Made by a program: the position numbers and the translations under genes. Under the pieces are notes generated by a model, which saw only the letters and a program-made list of their open reading frames with translations, was not told the DNA's origin and ran no database searches. Below, piece by piece: positions 26,536 to 36,976 of a stretch of 64,000 bases of DNA (within the stretch, counting starts at the first letter, position 1; each line of letters starts with the position of its first letter). Origin of the DNA: a virus; the IMG/VR virus record IMGVR_UViG_3300043775_002158, positions 41,375 through 105,374 of that record, one strand, 5' to 3'.

Positions 26536-27284
26536 GTTTATTTGAAGAACTTATTGAGGGTAAAAAGAAAGACAAACAAATTGTAAAATCTTTCGAGACA
26601 AAGGAAACTTTATCTAATCAAATATTTGATGAGGTAAAAGGTCATTTTGTTATGCGTGACGAAATTAAGAAAAGACTTTTAGAGATTTCAAATGATTTTA
26701 TTGAAAGTTTAGGCGTTGAATTTTTTATACATGATATAGTTCTTACGGGATCTTTGGCAAATTACAATTGGTCTCAATACTCCGATGTTGATTTACATAT
26801 TCTTATTGACTTTGAAGAATCCAAATATGAAATGGATATTTTAAAGGAATTTTTTGATGCAAAGAAAAACGTTTGGAACGAAAAACACGACATTAAAATA
26901 AAAGGGTATGATGTTGAGGTATATGTGCAAGACGTAAATGAGGAACATATATCATCAGGAGTTTATTCTATATTACATAATAAATGGGTTGTTGAACCTA
27001 AAAAAGATAATCCAAATATAGACGATAGAAAGATCTTAGAAAAGGGAGAAGAGTTCGGAAAAAGAATAGATCACCTAATACAAAATCCAAAAGAGATTAC
27101 AATTGATCAACTCGAAGATCTTAGAAAGAAAATAAAAGAATTTAGACAGAGTGGTTTAGAATCGGGAGGAGAGTATTCTTACGAAAACCTAACATTCAAA
27201 TTATTAAGAAGAAACGGATACATCCAAAAACTTTTAAAGCTAAAAACACAACTTAAGGACAGGAAATTGTCTATAACACAATAA
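26532..27284 (+). CDS. Pol-beta superfamily nucleotidyltransferase
   Basis: LTGSLANYNWSQYSDVDLH (GS...DxD), third acid in VEVYVQD. Confidence 0.8.
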   Translation: MSLFEELIEGKKKDKQIVKSFETKETLSNQIFDEVKGHFVMRDEIKKRLLEISNDFIESLGVEFFIHDIVLTGSLANYNWSQYSDVDLHILIDFEESKYEMDILKEFFDAKKNVWNEKHDIKIKGYDVEVYVQDVNEEHISSGVYSILHNKWVVEPKKDNPNIDDRKILEKGEEFGKRIDHLIQNPKEITIDQLEDLRKKIKEFRQSGLESGGEYSYENLTFKLLRRNGYIQKLLKLKTQLKDRKLSITQ

Positions 27285-27355
27285 TTATACCTAATTTTTC
27301 TATATATCTATGTATTTATAGGATAAGAATAAGTATATCTTAACAATTTTATAAA

Positions 27356-28339
27356 ATGGCAGAATTAAAACCACTAGGAAGTGAAAAATTAAACGGGGAT
27401 GAAAAATTAAAAAGAATCCTTGAATTAACATACTTCAACAGTAATAAAAATAACGGTCGTTCTTCGAGTAAACCCGAATTAGTGAAAGAATCTAAAAACG
27501 GGGGTGTATATGGTGTCGTTAAAGAAAAAGACGGTTACTATGTAAAGAGAGGATTAAATGAATCATCACTAGATTATATCGGTGGTATGTTCATGAAGAA
27601 CAAGAATAAGTTCTCTTCGTATGCCGAAGCGTTCAAACGACTTGAATTGTTGAAAGGACAGGAAGAACTACAGGAAGCAACAAAATACGTGTTAAAGCAA
27701 AACAAACCTCAACAAGAGGCTCCAATGCCTGAAGCACCAATGGATTTACCTCCAGCACCTGCGGCTGACGCATCAGGTGATGTTCCTCCTCCACCTGCTG
27801 AAGGTGGTGACGCTCCAATGGATGCTCCTACAGATATGCCACCTGCTGAAGGAGGTGAAGATGAGGATGCTGGTAAGAGATCATCTTACATGGCCGAAGC
27901 TCAAAAATACGCTGGTAAATTAGGTCAAGAATTAAGAGATTTACACGATAGAATGGAAAGTGATGACATCAAATACATTTTAAACATGATCATTTCTGCA
28001 GTTGATTTGGATAAATTATCTGATGAAGATATTGAAGATATTTCTAAGAAATTTGAAAGAGAAGAAGAAGAGGGTGGAGTTGGTATGGAAGAACCGACAG
28101 GTGAAGAACCTGCACCGGCTCCTGAAGAAACACCGGCGGATATGAATGAATATGATTCTATGGCCGCTTTAGATGAGTTTGTGAACACACCTATGGATAC
28201 GGACGAAATTGATTTATCAAAATATGCAATTAAGGAAGAAGGAATGGACGAAGAAGAAGTTCAAGAATTAGACTTAGACGAAATGAAAAGTGAAATCAAT
28301 AATGCAATTGGAACGACGTTAAGCAAATATTTTAAATAA
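27356..28339 (+). CDS. hypothetical acidic/Pro-rich protein, probably head-associated
   Basis: Upstream of terminase; late motif at 27313; LxE/VxE sites. Confidence 0.6.
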   Translation: MAELKPLGSEKLNGDEKLKRILELTYFNSNKNNGRSSSKPELVKESKNGGVYGVVKEKDGYYVKRGLNESSLDYIGGMFMKNKNKFSSYAEAFKRLELLKGQEELQEATKYVLKQNKPQQEAPMPEAPMDLPPAPAADASGDVPPPPAEGGDAPMDAPTDMPPAEGGEDEDAGKRSSYMAEAQKYAGKLGQELRDLHDRMESDDIKYILNMIISAVDLDKLSDEDIEDISKKFEREEEEGGVGMEEPTGEEPAPAPEETPADMNEYDSMAALDEFVNTPMDTDEIDLSKYAIKEEGMDEEEVQELDLDEMKSEINNAIGTTLSKYFK

Positions 28340-28342
28340 AAA

Positions 28343-28744
28343 ATGCATCTAATATATGTCAATGAAATCGGTTCAGATTACAAAGGTCAAAAACAATACG
28401 AATTCGTATTCAGTGAGACCACTGAAATTGATATGGGCGATTGGTTCGTTATACCTGCTTCGGCTTGCCAACGGTCTAAATCACCTGACATCGAATATGT
28501 TGACGTAGTTGGTTTATTAAAAGATACAGATTTACAATTAGAATTAGTTCAAGACTCCGATCATTTCGGAGTTATTGATGCTGTAGATGGTGTAATTTCA
28601 ATGGCTTGGGAAAAGTTTGACTTTGAGAACACGGAAGAAAGATTGACATTTAAATTTGGTGAACCAATAGAGAATGTAACAAAGAAATTAAAATCAAGAG
28701 GGTTCATCCTCTTAAAAGAAGAAATAAAATTCAAGGAATCATGA
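28343..28744 (+). CDS. hypothetical protein
   Basis: 133-aa ORF in operon. Confidence 0.75.
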   Translation: MHLIYVNEIGSDYKGQKQYEFVFSETTEIDMGDWFVIPASACQRSKSPDIEYVDVVGLLKDTDLQLELVQDSDHFGVIDAVDGVISMAWEKFDFENTEERLTFKFGEPIENVTKKLKSRGFILLKEEIKFKES

Positions 28745-30360
28745 AAAGAACAGAATTAGTAGAGAAATTAATTAAAGAAGGTTTCTCAGAAAAAACATTA
28801 GTTAAATTCAGTGATAGCCAACTTAAACAATTGGCATCAAGAATATTATCAGAAGAAGATGTTATGATATCTAAACAAGACCCTCAATATCAACAAAAAG
28901 TCGATAGCGCAAAAAAACAAAATAAAACTATTGAAGCTTACGAAGAACTTAAGGGTAATCAATCTAAAATTGATAAAAACCATAATGGTAAAATTGATGC
29001 TGACGACTTTGCAATATTAAACAAAGAAAAAAAGGGTGATGTTAAAGAAGGTTTATTTGGTGGTAAACATAAAAAAGTTGACACGATTAAACACGATGGT
29101 TATGAGATGGATGTATTCTCAAAAGGAAAAGACAAAGTTTATGGACATCCAAGAAAAGAAGGTTCAAAAAATCAAAATGATAAAGAACGTTTAGTTTATG
29201 GTGATTTAGAAAGTTTGAAGAAATCCGCGAGTTTGATGGGTAAAGGTGAAAAAAATATAAATTTCCCAAAATCTAAAAAAATTAGTAATCCAGATTATAA
29301 AGCAACAGTTGTTGATATTAATGAAGTTGATATGGGTTTAACTATTAAAGGTTCAAAATCAAGTAGTTCAACGGTATTTGGTGGAACTCCTAAAAAGAAA
29401 TCTACACCTAAGAAAAAAGAAGTTGATGAGACTGAAGAAACTGAAGTGGACGAATCTTTACATGGTATTATGATAGGTGCGACTAAAGAAAAATTAAAAA
29501 AGGATTTAGGTAGAGACCCTAAAGATCATGAAGTTGAAAAAGAACTTGGTAAATTTGTTGATAGTTGGAAAAAAGATAACGAATCAAAAGAAAAAAAGGG
29601 AAAAAATCCATACAAACCAGGAAAACCTCCTAGTCCAGATTTTAATGGTTACAATAAGAAAAAAGAAAAGAAAGAAGGTGAAGTAGAAGAGGGCGATTAC
29701 CACAATGAAAGAAGTAGAAAAGCGTTAGAGAAATCTAAAGAAGATTTTCCGCAACTTAAGAATATTAAAAAATGTGATGATTGTGGAAAGGTAGAATCTA
29801 AATGTAAGTGTAAAAAAGAAGAGGTGGATGAGTTATTACGTTTCTACGATGATGATGGGAATCCAATAAAAAATAAAAAAGGTGAACAAGACGCTGTTTC
29901 TACAAAGGACAAAAACTTTAAGAAAAAAACTAAAAGTAAAAAATGTTCAGATTGTGGAAAAGATGATAAAGATTGTAAATGTGATCATTCTCATTTAGAT
30001 GAGAATCGTAAAATAAAAAATTGGGTTAAAGGTTTGGTAGAGAACAAAGAATTTCATAGCTTTACGTCTAAAAACGAAATTATGGAACTTATCCAATCTA
30101 AACTTAATGAATCTGATACAATGGTTCAACATGGTCCTAAAGTAAAAAAAGGACATAATGGTATTCCTGAGTTTATGTCATATGATGCTATTGTAAGTGC
30201 GGAACCAAAAACTGCACCATCAAAACCGGCACCATCAACTAAACCTGGCACAAAACCAACTCCAACAAGAAGAGAAGACCCAAGAAAAACTCCTTTTCAA
30301 CCTGGACCTGGAACAAACCCTAAACCAAAGGCTAAAATAGCTGAGGAGAAAAAAAAGTAA
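28741..30360 (+). CDS. Lys/Glu-rich modular protein with EF-hand-like and CxxC motifs
   Basis: DKNHNGKIDADDF; KKCDDCGKVESKCKC and KKCSDCGKDDKDCKC. Confidence 0.7.
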   Translation: MKRTELVEKLIKEGFSEKTLVKFSDSQLKQLASRILSEEDVMISKQDPQYQQKVDSAKKQNKTIEAYEELKGNQSKIDKNHNGKIDADDFAILNKEKKGDVKEGLFGGKHKKVDTIKHDGYEMDVFSKGKDKVYGHPRKEGSKNQNDKERLVYGDLESLKKSASLMGKGEKNINFPKSKKISNPDYKATVVDINEVDMGLTIKGSKSSSSTVFGGTPKKKSTPKKKEVDETEETEVDESLHGIMIGATKEKLKKDLGRDPKDHEVEKELGKFVDSWKKDNESKEKKGKNPYKPGKPPSPDFNGYNKKKEKKEGEVEEGDYHNERSRKALEKSKEDFPQLKNIKKCDDCGKVESKCKCKKEEVDELLRFYDDDGNPIKNKKGEQDAVSTKDKNFKKKTKSKKCSDCGKDDKDCKCDHSHLDENRKIKNWVKGLVENKEFHSFTSKNEIMELIQSKLNESDTMVQHGPKVKKGHNGIPEFMSYDAIVSAEPKTAPSKPAPSTKPGTKPTPTRREDPRKTPFQPGPGTNPKPKAKIAEEKKK

Positions 30361-30366
30361 GTTAAA

Positions 30367-31767
30367 ATGCAATTTTCTAAGAAAAAACTCTTATCTTTAA
30401 TTCAAGAAAATTTGAATGAAATGCCAATGGATTTTGATAGTCAGGATAGACCTGACCAAGGACTACAAGATGACTTAGCAGCGGGCGAAACTCCGTTGAA
30501 AAAAATACCTTTTCCTAAGACGGGGGACGAACCTAACAAGAATTTCCAAGAACTATTAGCTTCAGAAAGATATAGACAAGTTGTTGCTAAAATGAGACAA
30601 TACACCGGCGCGAACACTCCTATGAGGGGTATGCAAGGTTTATCTCCTTTGATGCAACAAATGATGAGTGCACATAATCAAATCTTACAATTTGAACAAA
30701 ATCACAGAAGAGAATTAGAGGAGTTATCTGTTGAGTTAGTAATGAAGGAATTAGGTATTCCTGAAGGATCGGTTCAATATGATGCACGTATTATCGGTAT
30801 GGGTGAGTTTAACCCTGAAGACTTCAATCACGATGAGGAAGAACAAGGTGGTGAAGAAGAAGGTGGTGAAGAAGAAATGAATTTTGGTAATGAAATTGAA
30901 ATCGTTAATGATTTAGAGAAACTTGACTTAGAAAAAGCAAAAAGAAGATTTATTAACACAATTATACAAGGTGCGTCTAAAAGAGGTCATTACATGTATC
31001 ATTATGTTGAAGATAGAGTTAGACAAATTGTTGGTAACGATAGAATTATCGGTCTTTACGGCATTATGATGTCAGTAAATGATGCTTTATATTGGCAATT
31101 ACCTAACGAAACTATGAAATCAATGGGACAATCTGGTGGTAATATTGCGGGTAGAGAAGATGTTGATAGACAAACAGACCCACCAACAGTTAAAGCGAGA
31201 GCGGTAAACTTTCCAGTTTTAATACACGAATTGATTAAAGGAACTTTGGAGTTAGTTGCAATACAAGGAAGACCAAGAGATGAAGAGGGTAATGAAGAAG
31301 ATTTCACAGATATTGAAGGTTCGGAAGATACTCTTGAAAAAGAAATGTGGGATTTACGTTTAGGGCCAGCAATTTGGGACAGAATTAGATCAACATTCCC
31401 TGAAGATGTGTTAACAGATGAAACTAAAGGAATTATCCAATTAATGGTGTTCCAACATATTTTTAAGAAACCAGCAAAAGAATTTTTAGTATTCATGAAA
31501 GAAATTGTTTCTAAATCTGAAAACGGAAATCGTTTAATGGAAACATTGGTTCGTGCGATTGAAGAGGACATTAACAATTACGATTATGAACAAACGATGG
31601 CGGAATTTGATGAAGATTTAACTGACATCACAGATGAAACTGATAACGATGAATTAAAAGATTTTATATCGGGTATTCCTGGTATTTCATTATCCAACGA
31701 TGACGAAGAAGACGATGATGATGACAGTCTATTTGATGAATTAGGTTTAGATAGACCTACGAAATAA
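30367..31767 (+). CDS. hypothetical acidic protein
   Basis: 466-aa ORF before terminase. Confidence 0.75.
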   Translation: MQFSKKKLLSLIQENLNEMPMDFDSQDRPDQGLQDDLAAGETPLKKIPFPKTGDEPNKNFQELLASERYRQVVAKMRQYTGANTPMRGMQGLSPLMQQMMSAHNQILQFEQNHRRELEELSVELVMKELGIPEGSVQYDARIIGMGEFNPEDFNHDEEEQGGEEEGGEEEMNFGNEIEIVNDLEKLDLEKAKRRFINTIIQGASKRGHYMYHYVEDRVRQIVGNDRIIGLYGIMMSVNDALYWQLPNETMKSMGQSGGNIAGREDVDRQTDPPTVKARAVNFPVLIHELIKGTLELVAIQGRPRDEEGNEEDFTDIEGSEDTLEKEMWDLRLGPAIWDRIRSTFPEDVLTDETKGIIQLMVFQHIFKKPAKEFLVFMKEIVSKSENGNRLMETLVRAIEEDINNYDYEQTMAEFDEDLTDITDETDNDELKDFISGIPGISLSNDDEEDDDDDSLFDELGLDRPTK

Positions 31768-31770
31768 TAC

Positions 31771-31800
31771 AAAGGTGGTTTACAATAACCACCTTTTTTT
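31771..31800 (+). terminator. intrinsic terminator
   Basis: AAAGGTGGTT-tacaat-AACCACCTTT plus U tract. Confidence 0.8.
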
Positions 31801-31814
31801 GTATTTATACATAT

Positions 31815-33593
31815 ATGAATAGTAGAGCAGAACAATTAATGGAGTATGCTAAGATCATAAAAGATACCCCATATGCACTTAGAACGTATTTACAAACATT
31901 CGATAATACACAGAAGAAATATGTCCCTATGGATTTGTTCGAAGATCAAATTCAATTGATTAAGGACTACGAAGAATATAACGAAAATATTACAAGAAAA
32001 TATAGACAGGCAGGGGTTACCACTGTAACTGCCGCGTGGTTATCAAAAAAATTACAATTAGCGAAACCCGATAACCCTGAGAGAGTTCTACTTATTGCAA
32101 ACAAACGAGATACGGCGGTGGAGATGGCAAATAAGGTTAGACATTTTTTAGAACAATGGCCTGATTGGTTAAATGTTGGGTTCTCACCTGATAAAAACTC
32201 AGAGAGTAGATTTAGATTAAATAATGGTTGTGAGGTTAAGGCGGTTGCAACATCTCCAGATGCCCTTCGTGGTTATACACCTACCATACTTGTATTTGAT
32301 GAGGCAGCATATATTGAAGCGGGAGATGATTTTTGGGCAGCATCTATGGCGTCCCTATCAACAGGAGGTAAAATTATTCTTATTTCCACACCAAATGGTT
32401 ACGACCCAATTTATTACGGTGTTTATGATCAAGCGTTACGGGGTATTAATGATTTTCATATAACAGATTTAAGATGGTTTAAAGACCCTCGTTATACCAA
32501 AGATTTACGTTGGATTAAATGTCAGGATATTTGTCACTATATGTTGAACAGAGAACAATATAATGACGATGAAGTTGTTTTATATGACTTTGATATGAAA
32601 GAGTATAATAAACTAATTGAGGATGGTTATAAACCATTTTCATCTTGGTTTGAGTCAATGTCAAAGAAATTTAAATACGATAGACGTAAAATTGCTCAGG
32701 AGTTGGAATGTGATTTCTTAGGTTCAGGAGATGGTGTCATTCCTGGTGATATTCAAGAAAATATCGCTAAGAACATGATTAGAGAACCTATTGAGAAATA
32801 CATGCAAGCCACATTTTGGCAATGGAAAGAACCAATCATTGGTCATCGTTATATTATGGGTGTGGATGTTAGTAGAGGAGATAGTGAAGATTTTTCCGCA
32901 ATATCAATCATAGATTTTGACGATAGAGAACAGGTTGCAGAATATATTGGTAAGATACCTCCTGACGACTTAGCCGCTGTCGCATACAAATGGGCCGTCT
33001 TATACGGTAATGCGTTTATTGTAACGGATATTACAGGTGGAATGGGAGTTGCAACATCGAGAAAGTTAACAGAACTAAATTACAAAAATGTTTACATTGA
33101 GGGTGTTAATACTCAAAACATTTGGGACTATAATGCTAAGGCCATGGATAAAATACCGGGTCTTAACTTTAATAACAAAAGAACTCAAATTGTTGCCGCA
33201 TTTGAAGAACAACTTAGAAAAGGATTTATTGTTAGATCTGCAAGATTATTAAACGAACTTAATACGTTTGTTTATATGAACGGTAGACCTGATCACATGA
33301 AAGGATCTCACGATGATGCTATTATGGGTATGTCGATGGCGTTATATGCGGCGGATGTATCATTTAATTTATTACAAAAAAATGAAAATGCGAACAAAGC
33401 AATGTTAGATTCTTGGACTATGAGTGAAAGATCATATGAGACAAGTAAATCATTTTATTCATACGGTACTGCGTTTGATCAAATAGGTTCTATGGGGATG
33501 GATAATAATAATTTATATTATCAAGATAAAAATATGAATGTCAGTAAACAAACATATCAAGAGAATTCTTGGTTATTTGGTAGACGTAGATAA
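31815..33593 (+). CDS. terL: terminase large subunit (T4 gp17-like)
   Basis: KYRQAGVTT Walker A, LVFDEAA Walker B, ISTPNG, QELECDFLGS, GVDVSRG, HDDAIM. Confidence 0.95.
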   Translation: MNSRAEQLMEYAKIIKDTPYALRTYLQTFDNTQKKYVPMDLFEDQIQLIKDYEEYNENITRKYRQAGVTTVTAAWLSKKLQLAKPDNPERVLLIANKRDTAVEMANKVRHFLEQWPDWLNVGFSPDKNSESRFRLNNGCEVKAVATSPDALRGYTPTILVFDEAAYIEAGDDFWAASMASLSTGGKIILISTPNGYDPIYYGVYDQALRGINDFHITDLRWFKDPRYTKDLRWIKCQDICHYMLNREQYNDDEVVLYDFDMKEYNKLIEDGYKPFSSWFESMSKKFKYDRRKIAQELECDFLGSGDGVIPGDIQENIAKNMIREPIEKYMQATFWQWKEPIIGHRYIMGVDVSRGDSEDFSAISIIDFDDREQVAEYIGKIPPDDLAAVAYKWAVLYGNAFIVTDITGGMGVATSRKLTELNYKNVYIEGVNTQNIWDYNAKAMDKIPGLNFNNKRTQIVAAFEEQLRKGFIVRSARLLNELNTFVYMNGRPDHMKGSHDDAIMGMSMALYAADVSFNLLQKNENANKAMLDSWTMSERSYETSKSFYSYGTAFDQIGSMGMDNNNLYYQDKNMNVSKQTYQENSWLFGRRR

Positions 33594-33647
33594 TGTTTAG
33601 TTTATCATTATTTTAGTTTATATTATAAAGAAAAGTATTTATATAGA

Positions 33648-35486
33648 ATGGCAAATCAAAATTTAACTGTATTTCAGAAATTAACAAAGATGTTTGGTTA
33701 TCCGGGTAAACCTCAGGTAACACAGGCACCTTCATTTAATTTCAGTAAAGATGAATTATTAAAAACAGATAACAGAGAAGATTATGAGAAAGCAATGTTA
33801 CAGGCTCAACAAAGTCAATACATTGCCGATAAGTGGACTAAGTTAGATCAATCTCTTTATAACCAATCGGTTTATTATGAACCAAATAGATTGGCTGCTT
33901 ATTATGATTATGAAGCAATGGAGTTTACTCCTGAAATATCGGCGGCATTAGACATATACGCAGAAGAGTCTACTACAATGTCAGAAAAGGGTCAGATTTT
34001 AACGATCTATTCTGAATCAGATAGAATTAAAGAAATATTGGAAGATCTGTTTAATAACAGATTAGATGTTAATACTAACTTACAAATGTGGACAAGAGGT
34101 GTTTGTAAGTATGGTGATAACTTTGTTTATTTAAAGTTAGATCCTGAAAAGGGTATTGTTGGATGTCAACAATTACCAAATATTGAAATTGAAAGATTGG
34201 AAGGTGCTGCTGGTAAAACTACAACACAAAATAGAGATTTAAAAGTTCCATCAAGAGAATTACGTTTTCAATGGAAAAATAAAGATTTAGAATTTCAGGC
34301 ATGGGAGATTGCACATTTTAGATTATTAGGTGATGATAGAAAACTTCCTTACGGAACTTCTATGTTAGATAAGATTAGAAGAATTTGGAAACAACTTTTA
34401 CTTGCAGAAGATGCGATGTTAATTTACAGAACATCAAGAGCACCTGAGAGACGTGTATTTAAAGTGTTTGTTGGTAATATGGATGATAAGGATATTGAAT
34501 CTTATGTACAACGTGTTGCGAATAAATTTAGAAGAGATCAAATTTCCGATCCAAAAAATGGTCAGGTTGATATGAGATATAATCAAATGGCTGTGGATCA
34601 GGATTATTTTATTCCTGTTCGTGACCCATCACAATCTAATCCAATTGAAACATTACCAGGAGCACAAAACTTAGGAGAGATTGCCGATATTGAATATATC
34701 CAAAAGAAAATGTTGGCAGCTTTACGTATTCCTAAAGCTTTCTTAGGATTTGAAGAAGTTGTAGGTGAAGGTAAAAGTTTAGCGTTAATGGATATTCGTT
34801 TTGCTAGAACAATTAACAGAATTCAAAAATCTGTTATTCAAGAATTAAACAAAATTGCATTAATCCAATTATACCTTTTAGGTATGGAAGATGAGTTGAA
34901 TAACTTTACATTATCCTTAACTAACCCATCAGCACAATCTGATTTATTACGTATTGAACAATGGAAAGAAAAAGTAACCCTTTATAAAGATGCGACGTCG
35001 GATCAGTCTCAAGTAGGTATCTTGCCAGTATCACATACATGGGCTAAGAAAAACATTCTTGGATTTAGTGATTCTGAAGTTATGTTGGATTTACAACAAC
35101 AACGTTTAGAACGTGCATTAGGATTTGAATTGACAAACACTCAAAATGTAATTAAACGTTCAGGTGTATTTGATGAAGTAGATGCTAAGTATGGTATTCC
35201 AGAAGAAGATAGAGAAAAGGCAATGGAAGCCGCAGGTGGGGCTGAAGGCGGAATGGATATGGGTGGTGGAGGAATGGATATGGGAGGTGGTGCACCACCG
35301 CCATCAGGTGGAGGAGGAGAAGCACCATTAAGTGAATCAACATTACAAAAAAAATCTAAAAAATCTAAGATTTTAAGTATGTTGGGTGAAGAAAAAGAAG
35401 ATTTTAATATTCTGTTTGATATGGAAAGAGCACAACAGAATATTTATGAAATAGAGACGAAAATAAATGATATGTTAAACGATTAA
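33648..35486 (+). CDS. portal protein (T4 gp20-like)
   Basis: PYGTSML, EDAMLIYRTSRAPERRVF, QDYFIP, IETLPG, AALRIPK. Confidence 0.95.
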   Translation: MANQNLTVFQKLTKMFGYPGKPQVTQAPSFNFSKDELLKTDNREDYEKAMLQAQQSQYIADKWTKLDQSLYNQSVYYEPNRLAAYYDYEAMEFTPEISAALDIYAEESTTMSEKGQILTIYSESDRIKEILEDLFNNRLDVNTNLQMWTRGVCKYGDNFVYLKLDPEKGIVGCQQLPNIEIERLEGAAGKTTTQNRDLKVPSRELRFQWKNKDLEFQAWEIAHFRLLGDDRKLPYGTSMLDKIRRIWKQLLLAEDAMLIYRTSRAPERRVFKVFVGNMDDKDIESYVQRVANKFRRDQISDPKNGQVDMRYNQMAVDQDYFIPVRDPSQSNPIETLPGAQNLGEIADIEYIQKKMLAALRIPKAFLGFEEVVGEGKSLALMDIRFARTINRIQKSVIQELNKIALIQLYLLGMEDELNNFTLSLTNPSAQSDLLRIEQWKEKVTLYKDATSDQSQVGILPVSHTWAKKNILGFSDSEVMLDLQQQRLERALGFELTNTQNVIKRSGVFDEVDAKYGIPEEDREKAMEAAGGAEGGMDMGGGGMDMGGGAPPPSGGGGEAPLSESTLQKKSKKSKILSMLGEEKEDFNILFDMERAQQNIYEIETKINDMLND

Positions 35487-35488
35487 AA

Positions 35489-36226
35489 ATGAACAATTTC
35501 GGAATTATTAAAACCAAATTATTAAATAAATTAACTGAATCTTACGCTAATGAAAATAAAGCTGAGATTAAAAATATATTAACCACAATTAAAGAAAACA
35601 AAGATTTTAAAGAAATGTATTTGTTTTATGAAGAAATTGAAGGTAAGCACATTTCAGATAAAGAAACTGCAAAGTTGTATGTTGAGGGTTTAAGTACAAT
35701 CTTAATTCAAAGTAATGAAAATTTAAAGACGTTCTGTGAATCATTAGATAAAACTTTAGATAATAATGAAGTTGTTTCAAATGAATTATATCAAGCGTTA
35801 GACACTTTAACTGAAAGTGATAAACTAAGTAATATTGAAAAGAAAGTTATTGCTAAGAAAAAATTAGTAGAACACTTAACAACTAAGAAAGAAATTACTG
35901 AATCAAAAGATACAACATTAGTACCAAACGAAACATTATTAAATGCTGTATTGGCAAATAATTTTAATGTTTTATATTCTAACACATTATCTGAATCACA
36001 AAAAGAAGAATTAAAGAATATTCTTTCTATTCCTTATGAAGATTTATTAACAAAAACAAGTGAATTAAAAGAATCAATTAATAATCAAGTATCAACACTT
36101 TTAAGTGAATCAAATGAAACAGATTTAATAAATAAATTAAAAGCTGTTAAAGATGAAGTAAATCAAATGTTTCCGTCGAGATACAATTACTACAGATTAA
36201 ACGAATTAAAAAATGGACTTAACTAA
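35489..36226 (+). CDS. hypothetical helical head-module protein
   Basis: Follows the portal; multiple L/I-x-E sites. Confidence 0.7.
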   Translation: MNNFGIIKTKLLNKLTESYANENKAEIKNILTTIKENKDFKEMYLFYEEIEGKHISDKETAKLYVEGLSTILIQSNENLKTFCESLDKTLDNNEVVSNELYQALDTLTESDKLSNIEKKVIAKKKLVEHLTTKKEITESKDTTLVPNETLLNAVLANNFNVLYSNTLSESQKEELKNILSIPYEDLLTKTSELKESINNQVSTLLSESNETDLINKLKAVKDEVNQMFPSRYNYYRLNELKNGLN

Positions 36227-36234
36227 GTCCATTT
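36211..36234. terminator. palindromic hairpin spanning both convergent stop codons
   Basis: AAATGGACTT-aact-AAGTCCATTT flanked by A and T tracts. Confidence 0.65.
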
Positions 36235-36410
36235 CTTTTTTGTTGTATATAAACCGCTTTTAATTTTTGAGTTCTTTTCTTAACTGATGGTTTAACAAAT
36301 ACTTGTCTATCCCTTAATTGTTGAACTTGTTTTACTTTTTGAACTTTATGTTTGTAAGTTCTAAGTGCAGTCTCAATACTTTTTTCTTTTGATAGGTCTA
36401 CTATAATCAT
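36219..36410 (-). CDS. rpsU: ribosomal protein bS21
   Basis: SIETALRTYK.K...LRDRQVFVKPSVKKR...KAVY54. Confidence 0.9.
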   Translation of the reverse strand: MIIVDLSKEKSIETALRTYKHKVQKVKQVQQLRDRQVFVKPSVKKRTQKLKAVYIQQKRNGLS

Positions 36411-36512
36411 ATATTATAAATATAACACAAATATATGAAATTATTTTTGGTTATTCCAACTATTTTATTTATTTTTTATAAACACCATAATAAATAATAA
36501 TATGAAATATTA

Positions 36513-36938
36513 ATGAAAACAGGTAAGTATATCCCATTAGGGACTTACAATGATGTAAAGATCGGTTATGGTACCGTAGATTTTAAGAATCTTAAAACCA
36601 TTTATTTGAAATTGAATTCATGGGTTCAGGCTGAAAATGAGACTGATGATTTTGATCATATGATCCATAAATCAAGACGAAAAGTTAAAGAAATAATTTA
36701 TAATCTTAAAAATCCTTATTTTAAACAACAATCTATTGTTGATTTAGATATTAGAACAAAGGGAATTAAATTAGAAAAAAGATCTTTTATGAACTTGGAA
36801 ATCACATTATATGTTGATAAACAGTTCGATGTTAAATCAAAAGAAATTAAAAATAACGTAAAAGATATTTTGTCAATTGTAATAGAAGACGGACTTTCTG
36901 ATAAAAATCTATTCAATTTCTACAAATCCAAAAAATAA
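36513..36938 (+). CDS. hypothetical protein
   Basis: 141-aa ORF between bS21 and protease. Confidence 0.75.
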   Translation: MKTGKYIPLGTYNDVKIGYGTVDFKNLKTIYLKLNSWVQAENETDDFDHMIHKSRRKVKEIIYNLKNPYFKQQSIVDLDIRTKGIKLEKRSFMNLEITLYVDKQFDVKSKEIKNNVKDILSIVIEDGLSDKNLFNFYKSKK

Positions 36939-36976
36939 TAGGGATATCGATGTATTTATAGTAATAAAATCTATAA

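Noticed and set aside
26532-27284. CCA-adding enzyme call for the nucleotidyltransferase
   Set aside because: Lacks recognisable class II CCA motifs (e.g. RRD), so the substrate is left unassigned
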